Part shown: positions 8,876-15,275 of the stretch, piece after piece
Layout: every line of letters begins with the position of its first letter
Numbering within the stretch: the first letter of the stretch is position 1
NCBI GenBank assembly: GCA_947588865.1
Contig: CANPYQ010000001.1
Coordinates: forward strand, 1 to 36,877
Source of the DNA: an uncultured Bacilli bacterium
GTDB lineage: Bacteria; Bacillota_I; Bacilli_A; RF39; UBA660
Length of the DNA stretch: 36,877 nucleotides
Direction: 5' to 3'
Translations under genes and position numbers: made by a program
Notes under the pieces: generated by a model
What the model saw: the letters and a program-made list of their open reading frames with translations, nothing else
Database searches by the model: none
What the model was told of the DNA's origin: nothing

Positions 8876-9666
8876 TGGAATTTTTAATAGTTACAATATT
8901 AATAATAATTATAGTTATTGTTAATAATATAGTTGATACTAGACGTTTTTTCGAACAAGTCAATCCATTCTTACAGAAATTTATGGAAAAAGACTATGAA
9001 TTCTTGCTTAGAGTAAAATATAAAGATAAGGATTTGGATGTAAATGCTCTTTTTTCAAGAAGAATAAGAGATGGTATTATAACTGCTGCAGTGTTAATAT
9101 TTCTTTTAGCGGTTACTGGGTATTTGAACTATATGTGGGCATTTGGTGCTTGCATAGGCGGATTTTTAGTATTTAAAAGTGGTTATACTAAGTTAAAAAC
9201 TTTTTATAAAGCAAGATTACATACAATGGATTCTATGCTTCCATATTATTTAAAGAGTTTGGAAATTTTAGTACAGCATTATACAGTTCCAGTTGCTCTA
9301 TCAAGAAGTATAGATACTGCTCCAGAGATATTTAGACCTGGACTTAGGAAATTAGTTGCTAGAATAGATGAAGGTGATGCATCTATTCAACCATATATTG
9401 ATTTTGCAAATGAATATCCAGTTAGGGATTCTATGCGTATGATGAGACTTTTATATCGTTTAGGATTAGGCTCAAATCAAGACAAACACGAGCAGATAAT
9501 GATGTTTTCAAAGACTGTATCATCACTTCAAAATAAAGCCCGTGAACAAAAATATAAAGACCGTTTAGAGTCTATGGAAAAAAGAACCATGATAATGTTG
9601 TTCGTAACAGGTGGTGGCGTTTTACTAGTTTTATTTATGTCAATGTCTGTTATGATGGGAATATAA
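8875..9666 (+). CDS. TadC-like (GspF/T2SSF-domain) pilus platform membrane protein
   Basis: TAATG stop/start overlap with the previous gene. The topology is the same TM / cytoplasmic helical domain / TM layout (LPYYLKSLEILVQHYTVPVALSRSI...PGLRKLVARIDEG). Confidence 0.7.
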   Translation: MEFLIVTILIIIIVIVNNIVDTRRFFEQVNPFLQKFMEKDYEFLLRVKYKDKDLDVNALFSRRIRDGIITAAVLIFLLAVTGYLNYMWAFGACIGGFLVFKSGYTKLKTFYKARLHTMDSMLPYYLKSLEILVQHYTVPVALSRSIDTAPEIFRPGLRKLVARIDEGDASIQPYIDFANEYPVRDSMRMMRLLYRLGLGSNQDKHEQIMMFSKTVSSLQNKAREQKYKDRLESMEKRTMIMLFVTGGGVLLVLFMSMSVMMGI

Positions 9667-9699
9667 TGTAAAAAAAATGTAAATAATATAATTAAAGTA

Positions 9700-9729
9700 T
9701 TGATTTTAATACTTTGATTGTTGTATAAT
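9700..9729 (+). promoter_or_regulatory. Dedicated promoter for the candidate major pilin gene
   Basis: TTGATT (9700-9705), 18-nt spacer, TATAAT (9724-9729). An 8-bp inverted repeat, aaagtatt (9694-9701) / aatacttt (9708-9715), overlaps the -35 element. Confidence 0.55.
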
Positions 9730-9765
9730 TAGTTTAGGATATTTAGAAAGTAGGTGAGGTTTTAA

Positions 9766-10032
9766 ATGAAAGAAGCAGCAGGAGAAGCAAATATGACAGT
9801 AATAACAATAGTTTTAATAGCTATAGTACTTGCAATCGGAACAATTATAGTAACTAATATGATGAACAATACTGGAAAAAATTCTGCTTGTTCAAGTGCA
9901 GGTGGTGTATGGAATAGTGGTAAATGTTATGCAGCAAGTTCATGTAAATACGATAATGGAAAAACTACGTGCTCAGGAACTACTTTAAGTTGTAAGGAAT
10001 CTGGTAATGATTGGATATGTGAATCAAAATAA
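9766..10032 (+). CDS. Small pilin-like protein (candidate major Flp-like subunit) with a Cys-rich head
   Basis: RBS AGGTGAGG. MKEAAG leader, hydrophobic helix EANMTVITIVLIAIVLAIGTIIV, then about 50 aa containing 6 Cys. The gene has its own promoter and terminator. Confidence 0.75.
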   Translation: MKEAAGEANMTVITIVLIAIVLAIGTIIVTNMMNNTGKNSACSSAGGVWNSGKCYAASSCKYDNGKTTCSGTTLSCKESGNDWICESK

Positions 10033-10050
10033 ATTTTTATTAAAAATTCG

Positions 10051-10073
10051 AGAGGGTATTTACCTTCTTTTTT
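10051..10073 (+). terminator. Rho-independent terminator after the pilin gene
   Basis: agagggt (10051-10057) pairs with accttct (10062-10068), including one G-U pair, around a 4-nt loop. A T5 run follows (10069-10073). Confidence 0.5.
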
Positions 10074-10320
10074 GTGCCGTAAATACGAATTTTATTACTA
10101 TTAAAGTTTTTTAACTGAAAAAAATTTTTATGTGAACCCCAAGTAGAAGACATTATGGCACTCTTAGGCTATTACTTAAAAGCCCATACTGTAATATAAA
10201 TTGAATCGTCGTAGGTGGCGTGAGAGGTATAAATATAAAATAGAAAGCTTTATTTAATTTTCTCTACTCGTTTATTAACACTAATTTGAATAAAAAATTT
10301 AAACGATTGACATAATATCA

Positions 10321-10350
10321 TTGACAAAACTTCTTTACAACTGTTATAAT
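10321..10350 (+). promoter_or_regulatory. Near-consensus sigma-A promoter for the minor-pilin / tadZ / VirB2-like operon
   Basis: TTGACA (10321-10326), 18-nt spacer, TATAAT (10345-10350). A second TTGACA lies at 10307-10312. Confidence 0.6.
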
Positions 10351-10386
10351 TATATAGGTATATAATAAGAAAAGAGGTAATGAGAA

Positions 10387-10839
10387 GTGAAAGAAAGCGT
10401 AGGTTATACAGTTACATTAAATATTGCGATAATGTTTATTATAATAGTTTTTGCTTTCCTTGCTGCAGCTCTTATATATTATAAAAGTAATAAAGTTAAT
10501 AATGTAATAATTAATTCACTAGAAAAGTATGAAGGATTTAATGATTTAGCTATTAATGAAATAAATAATAGTATGACAACTTTAGGCTATAATAGACATT
10601 CAATTAATTGTGGTGATAATATCAGTGATGATGGAAATGCATGTACATTAGTAGGTGACGGAGATAGTAAAGATAATGGTTATTGTGTTTATGTTTGTGT
10701 AGAAGAAAATAAGGATTACTATTATTTTAGGGTAAAGTCTTATATGATGATCAATGTACCTATTATAAATGAAATTTTAAATATTCCAATATTTTCAAAT
10801 TCAAATAGATTATATGATTTTGGCGATAGTTTTAAATGA
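10387..10839 (+). CDS. Minor pilin-like (TadE/TadF-like) protein, paralog 1
   Basis: GTG start after AGAGGT. MKESVG leader plus hydrophobic helix. It shares CVY, YYYF/YK-VK-[ST]-Y and PII-[NG]-E-[IL] motifs with the next gene. 4 Cys. Confidence 0.75.
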   Translation: MKESVGYTVTLNIAIMFIIIVFAFLAAALIYYKSNKVNNVIINSLEKYEGFNDLAINEINNSMTTLGYNRHSINCGDNISDDGNACTLVGDGDSKDNGYCVYVCVEENKDYYYFRVKSYMMINVPIINEILNIPIFSNSNRLYDFGDSFK

Positions 10840-10858
10840 TATTTAGGGATGTGATACT

Positions 10859-11290
10859 GTGAGAGAGGCAATAGGGAGTAGTTTATTACTTAGTGTGGTT
10901 GTTGTTTTTGTAGGACTAATAATATTATTTTTTGTAAATATATTATCTTATTCTAAAGCTTATAAAGCTAAGAATAGAATAATAGAAATTATTGAAAAAT
11001 ATGAGACATATTCAGAATCAAATTCAGAATCCAGTGAGTTAAATGAAATAAAGCAATCTTTACAAGATATGGGTTATCAGACGGGTGAATGTAAAAATGA
11101 GGATTCTAAAGATAATATAGCAAATAGTGGATATAAATATTGCGTTTATAGAATTGATGAAGAAGGCGGAACATATTATTATAAAGTAAAAACTTATGTT
11201 CAGTTCTATTTTCCAATAATAGGTGAACTCTTTAATCCACCGGTACAAAGTGAAACTAAAATATTAGGGAAAAGCTATGATTATGATTGA
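10859..11290 (+). CDS. Minor pilin-like (TadE/TadF-like) protein, paralog 2
   Basis: GTG start. MREAIG leader plus hydrophobic helix. Clear paralog of 10387-10839 (GYKYCVYRIDEEGGTYYYKVKTYVQFYFPIIGELFNPP). 2 Cys. Confidence 0.75.
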   Translation: MREAIGSSLLLSVVVVFVGLIILFFVNILSYSKAYKAKNRIIEIIEKYETYSESNSESSELNEIKQSLQDMGYQTGECKNEDSKDNIANSGYKYCVYRIDEEGGTYYYKVKTYVQFYFPIIGELFNPPVQSETKILGKSYDYD

Positions 11291-11304
11291 AAAGGGGAAA
11301 TATA

Positions 11305-12309
11305 ATGAATGTAATAGTGTCAAATAAAAATCAAATGTTGCTGGAAAATTTGGGCATAGATGTTATAAAAGAGATGAATGGTGAGTTTGATGTTGATGAA
11401 ATTATAGCTACTTTTCAAAACTTTTTTTACCAACGTATGATTTTAGATATTACTGCAATAAAAGATTATAGAAATATAAATAATTTGCAAAAATTATCTA
11501 TATCTTTAGATATGAGTAAAGTAATATTATTATTAGATGGCACAAATGATACTATGAATCCAGTGTTTTTATCTAATTTGGTATCTATGGGTATTTATAA
11601 TTTTACTAAAAATGTAGAAGGTATACAGTATCTTTATAATACTCCTAATACGTATCGAGATGTGGCACAATTTCATAGTTTAAATTCATCTTTAAGTGGT
11701 TCACAACCTGAACAACCTAACCCACAAGCTAGGTATATAGCTCCAGTGGTTACTAATTCAGAATCTGATTCGGATTTTTATGGAACTAGAATAATAGGTG
11801 TTAAAAATGTTACAAAGCAATCTGGTGCAAGTAGTTTAGTTTATATGATGAAAAATGAATTAGGTAAAAATTATGATGTAGTGGCTATTGAGGTAGATAA
11901 GACGGATTTTGTTTATTTTAAAGATAAATCTTTAGTATCTACAATTACTAGTGAAATTGGCACTGTTATAAATAAATATAAGAATAAAGATATAATACTT
12001 GTGGATATAAATAATAGCTTAGTTGCAGAAGGATTTTGTCAAGATGTTTTATATCTTGTAGAACCTACTATAATAAAGTTACAAAAATTAATGACTTTGA
12101 ATGCTGCAGCACTTCATAATTTAAAGAATAAAAAAATAATTTTAAATCAAAGTTTACTTAGCAGTAATGATGTCGCTAATTTTGAATATGAGGCAAGAAT
12201 AAAAGTGTTTTATAATTTGCCTCCATTAAATGAAAGAGATAAAAATATACCTGAACTTAACAATTTATTGATAAAGCTTGGATTTACTAAACAAAAATCA
12301 AATACGTAG
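11305..12309 (+). CDS. TadZ/CpaE-like protein: receiver-like N-domain plus a ParA/MinD-like domain with a degenerate P-loop
   Basis: The ORF track starts at TTG 11287. I prefer ATG 11305 after GGGGA (11294-11298). The N-domain has a CheY-like strand pattern (VIVSNK, MILDITA, KVILLLDG, GIYNFTKN). The C-domain RIIGVKNVTKQSGASSLVYMM...YDVVAIEVD...IILVDIN follows a ParA layout but lacks GK[ST]. Confidence 0.6.
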   Translation: MNVIVSNKNQMLLENLGIDVIKEMNGEFDVDEIIATFQNFFYQRMILDITAIKDYRNINNLQKLSISLDMSKVILLLDGTNDTMNPVFLSNLVSMGIYNFTKNVEGIQYLYNTPNTYRDVAQFHSLNSSLSGSQPEQPNPQARYIAPVVTNSESDSDFYGTRIIGVKNVTKQSGASSLVYMMKNELGKNYDVVAIEVDKTDFVYFKDKSLVSTITSEIGTVINKYKNKDIILVDINNSLVAEGFCQDVLYLVEPTIIKLQKLMTLNAAALHNLKNKKIILNQSLLSSNDVANFEYEARIKVFYNLPPLNERDKNIPELNNLLIKLGFTKQKSNT

Positions 12310-12317
12310 GGGGATTT

Positions 12318-12767
12318 ATGAAAAATATATTTAAAATAGTTTTAAATTTTGTTTTAATATTTATAATAAACTTTATTTTTCTTGACTTTGTACATGCAAT
12401 TCAGTATAATAATTTTGATGAATCGGAATTTGTTAGTTGTGGTGAGAAACTAATTGACAATATTCCAGCAGTTCTTCCTAATGTAGTAAGTAAAATATAT
12501 TTGATTGTTCAAGTGGCAGTTCCTATAGTGCTAGTTATAATTGGTAGTATTGGTTTAATAAAATGTATAGTCGCATCTAAGGAAGATGAAATAAAAAAAG
12601 AACAACAAATTTTGATTAAAAGAGTTGTTTCAGCAGTAATTATATTTTTTATATTTACTGTAGTTAAATTTTTAATTAGTTTAGTTGCAGATAATAATAA
12701 TATTTTGGAATGTGCGGAATGTTTTATAGAAAACAATGATAAATGTGTTGTACAAAAAAATAACTAA
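12318..12767 (+). CDS. VirB2/TrbC-like two-TM pilin-like protein, paralog A
   Basis: RBS GGGGGA. Signal peptide, Cys near the mature N-terminus, TM1 VAVPIVLVIIGSIGLIK, loop SKEDEIKKEQQILIKR, TM2, and C-terminal ECAECF...KC. Confidence 0.7.
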   Translation: MKNIFKIVLNFVLIFIINFIFLDFVHAIQYNNFDESEFVSCGEKLIDNIPAVLPNVVSKIYLIVQVAVPIVLVIIGSIGLIKCIVASKEDEIKKEQQILIKRVVSAVIIFFIFTVVKFLISLVADNNNILECAECFIENNDKCVVQKNN

Positions 12768-12782
12768 GGAGTTACGGGAGTT

Positions 12783-13193
12783 ATGAAAAAGAAAGCGTTA
12801 AATATATTTATTCTTTTTACTGTGTTTTTTCCAGTTATAAGTATACATGCTATTGAAAAGGTATCTTGTGGGAATGTCACAGCTATTCCAGCTAAAATAC
12901 CAGAACTTACTAACTTTATTATGACTTTGGTTGAGGTTTTAGTACCTATTATTTTAGTTATAATGGGATCAATAGATTTAATAAAAGGAATATCATCACA
13001 GAAAGAAGATGAAATAAAAAAAGGGCAACAAATTTTGATAAAAAGAATTATTGTAGCAGTTATAATATTTATTGTAATAGTTGCAGTTAAATTTTTAGTT
13101 AGTATTGTTAATAATCCTGTTAATAGTAATAATATAGTTGATTGTATAGATTGTTTTTTGAATGGAAAGGAAAATTGTAAAAAGTGGAGGTAG
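12783..13193 (+). CDS. VirB2/TrbC-like two-TM pilin-like protein, paralog B
   Basis: Signal peptide, SCG, TM1 VLVPIILVIMGSIDLIKG, loop SQKEDEIKKGQQILIKR, TM2, and C-terminal DCIDCF...NC. Confidence 0.7.
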   Translation: MKKKALNIFILFTVFFPVISIHAIEKVSCGNVTAIPAKIPELTNFIMTLVEVLVPIILVIMGSIDLIKGISSQKEDEIKKGQQILIKRIIVAVIIFIVIVAVKFLVSIVNNPVNSNNIVDCIDCFLNGKENCKKWR

Positions 13194-13198
13194 TAATT

Positions 13199-13612
13199 AT
13201 GAAGAAAAAAATTTTATTTGTCGTTCTTTTGGGAATTTTAACTTTTAGCTTTTGTTCACCTGTTTTTGCTAAAAACATTTCATCTTGTGATTCTGTAATC
13301 TCAAGTAATGTTATAATAGATGAAAAAATACCAAATATAGTTAGTACTATTATAACAGTTATAAAGGTAGCTGTACCAGTATTATTGGTTATATTTGGAA
13401 TGATTGATTTAATGAAGGGTATAACATCACAAAAGGAAGATGAAATAAAAAAAGGACAATCATTATTTATAAAAAGACTTATATCAGGGGCTCTTGTGTT
13501 TTTTGTATTTACAATTGTACAATTAATTATAAGCTTTGTATCAGATGACGCTGATAACAATATAATGACTTGTGCTAGCTGTTTTATAAATAAAGAATGT
13601 CAATACAAATAA
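13199..13612 (+). CDS. VirB2/TrbC-like two-TM pilin-like protein, paralog C
   Basis: The ORF track starts at 13184. I prefer ATG 13199 after GGAGG. Signal peptide MKKKILFVVLLGILTFSFCSPVFA, SCD, TM1, loop SQKEDEIKKGQSLFIKR, TM2, and C-terminal TCASCF...EC. Confidence 0.7.
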   Translation: MKKKILFVVLLGILTFSFCSPVFAKNISSCDSVISSNVIIDEKIPNIVSTIITVIKVAVPVLLVIFGMIDLMKGITSQKEDEIKKGQSLFIKRLISGALVFFVFTIVQLIISFVSDDADNNIMTCASCFINKECQYK

Positions 13613-13628
13613 ATTATTAGGAGGATTT

Positions 13629-14741
13629 ATGGTTGATGCGTTAAAAAAACTAGATAAAAAATTTTTAATAATTGCTGGATGCATGGTTTTTTTACCAATT
13701 TTGTTTATTATTATTCTTGCTATTGTTCAAGGGTGTAGCAATAAAAAATTAACATATGAAAAATATGAAAGTAAAATGATTTCTGCGGCAGAAAAATATA
13801 TTAAAAAAGAAGATAAGAAACTTACAAACGAGGGTGAAAGTTATATAATTGACCTTAGCACATTAGTTGATAGTGATTATATTAAAGCAACAGAAGATGC
13901 ACTTGATGATACTTGTACTGGAAAAGTTATAGTTAGAAGAAATGGTTCATCAATCAAATCCAACGATGGAGGCTTTTTAAACTATATTCCATCGTTAAAA
14001 TGTGAGGGTTATAATTCAAATTCATTAATTAATTTAATAACTAAGAATATTGTTACTAGTGAATCTGGTTTATATAAAAATGGTGATGAATATATATTTA
14101 GGGGATCTAAAGTAGATAATTATATATCTTTCTTTGGTAAAGATTATAGGATACTTGGCGTAGATAGAAATGGGTTTGCTAAATTAATAGCGTCACAAAG
14201 TGACAGTGTCGATGTTTCTTGGGATATGAAATACAGTATAGAAACTAAAAGAGATACAGGCATAAATATATATAAAGATAGTAATATCCACGATAAATTA
14301 CTTGAATATTATGGTAATAAGAAGAAAATTTCACAAGATGCAAAAAAACATATTGTAGCGAATGATATATGTATAGGTAAGAGATATATTAATGATACTT
14401 CTCTTACTAGTGAATCCGATTGTTCACAAATTCTTAAAAATGAAATAATTACACTGATTAATATAACTGATTTTGCTAAAGCTAGTTTGGATAATAATTG
14501 TACAAGCATTGTTGCTAATTCTTGTAGGAATTATAACTATTTAAAAGCTTTGGGATTATGGACATGGACTGTTAATGGTGTAACAGATAATTCTTATGAA
14601 GCTTATTATTTGGGAAATGGAATAATAAGACATCAGGAAGCAAGTTCAAATGAATCATATAATGTTGTTATCCATATAGATTCTAATGAAATAGTTTTAT
14701 CTGGGGATGGATCTAAAAAAAATCCATATGTTATAAAATAA
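13629..14741 (+). CDS. Membrane-anchored (possibly lipoprotein) Cys-containing extracytoplasmic protein of unknown function
   Basis: RBS AGGAGG. N-terminal TM segment ending in IVQGC (imperfect lipobox). The following segment ISAAEKYI...LSTLVDSDYIKA...CTGKVIV loosely resembles the head start of type IV pilin-like proteins. 6 further Cys. Confidence 0.7.
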   Translation: MVDALKKLDKKFLIIAGCMVFLPILFIIILAIVQGCSNKKLTYEKYESKMISAAEKYIKKEDKKLTNEGESYIIDLSTLVDSDYIKATEDALDDTCTGKVIVRRNGSSIKSNDGGFLNYIPSLKCEGYNSNSLINLITKNIVTSESGLYKNGDEYIFRGSKVDNYISFFGKDYRILGVDRNGFAKLIASQSDSVDVSWDMKYSIETKRDTGINIYKDSNIHDKLLEYYGNKKKISQDAKKHIVANDICIGKRYINDTSLTSESDCSQILKNEIITLINITDFAKASLDNNCTSIVANSCRNYNYLKALGLWTWTVNGVTDNSYEAYYLGNGIIRHQEASSNESYNVVIHIDSNEIVLSGDGSKKNPYVIK

Positions 14742-14761
14742 ATTTATAAAATTGTTTAATG

Positions 14762-14790
14762 TTGACATTTGATGAAAAAAAATATATAAT
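14762..14790 (+). promoter_or_regulatory. Perfect-consensus sigma-A promoter driving paralog D
   Basis: TTGACA (14762-14767), 17-nt spacer, TATAAT (14785-14790). The spacer contains an A8 run (14775-14782). Confidence 0.7.
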
Positions 14791-14813
14791 GTCTTTAGGA
14801 TGGAGGAGAAAAA

Positions 14814-15185
14814 ATGTTATTAAAAATCGATACTCAAGGGCTATATACTTGTGGTAATTTAAATTTTGAGTTTTCTGGAACTTTTCCATATATAGTTAAT
14901 ATGGCAATTACTATTATAAAAATAGTTGTTCCTATTTTATTAATTATATTTGGAATGTTGGATTTGGGTAAAGCTGTTGTTGCATCTAAAGAAGATGAAA
15001 TAAAAAAGGGTCAACAAACTTTTATAAAAAGAGTAATAGCAGCTGTAATTGTATTTTTTGTAATTCAAATAGTTCAAATTGTAATTTCATTTGTTTCTAA
15101 TAAAGATCCAAATGTTGTAAATTGCTTTAATTGTTTTGTAAATGCCGATACCGAAAAAGGTTGTATTGATTTAGCTGGTGAGTAG
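14814..15185 (+). CDS. VirB2/TrbC-like two-TM pilin-like protein, paralog D (no N-terminal signal peptide)
   Basis: RBS GGAGGAG. TCG, TM1 IVVPILLIIFGMLDLGK, loop SKEDEIKKGQQTFIKR, TM2, and C-terminal NCFNCF...GC. The gene is flanked by its own promoter and a strong terminator. Confidence 0.75.
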   Translation: MLLKIDTQGLYTCGNLNFEFSGTFPYIVNMAITIIKIVVPILLIIFGMLDLGKAVVASKEDEIKKGQQTFIKRVIAAVIVFFVIQIVQIVISFVSNKDPNVVNCFNCFVNADTEKGCIDLAGE

Positions 15186-15191
15186 ATTATT

Positions 15192-15225
15192 AGTACGAAT
15201 AATATTGATTATTTGTACTTTTTTT
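15192..15225 (+). terminator. Strong rho-independent terminator after paralog D
   Basis: agtacgaataa (15192-15202) pairs with ttatttgtact (15209-15219): 11 bp including one G-U pair, 6-nt loop, then T6 (15220-15225). Confidence 0.75.
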
Positions 15226-15233
15226 GTTATAAT
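15205..15233 (+). promoter_or_regulatory. Promoter for the T4SS operon, overlapping the terminator
   Basis: TTGATT (15205-15210), 17-nt spacer, TATAAT (15228-15233), preceded by TGt (extended -10). Confidence 0.55.
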
Positions 15234-15275
15234 ATTATAAGATTGTAAGTGTATTGAATTCAAGGAGGAGTAAGA

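Noticed and set aside
10040-10153. A 37-codon minus-strand ORF (MSSTWGSHKNFFQLKNFNSNKIRIYGTKKKVNTLSNF) in the long spacer after the pilin gene.
   Set aside because: It has only a weak RBS-like AAGAG, runs through the pilin terminator, and has no recognisable motif. It is too short to support from sequence alone. The region is kept only as part of the spacer finding.
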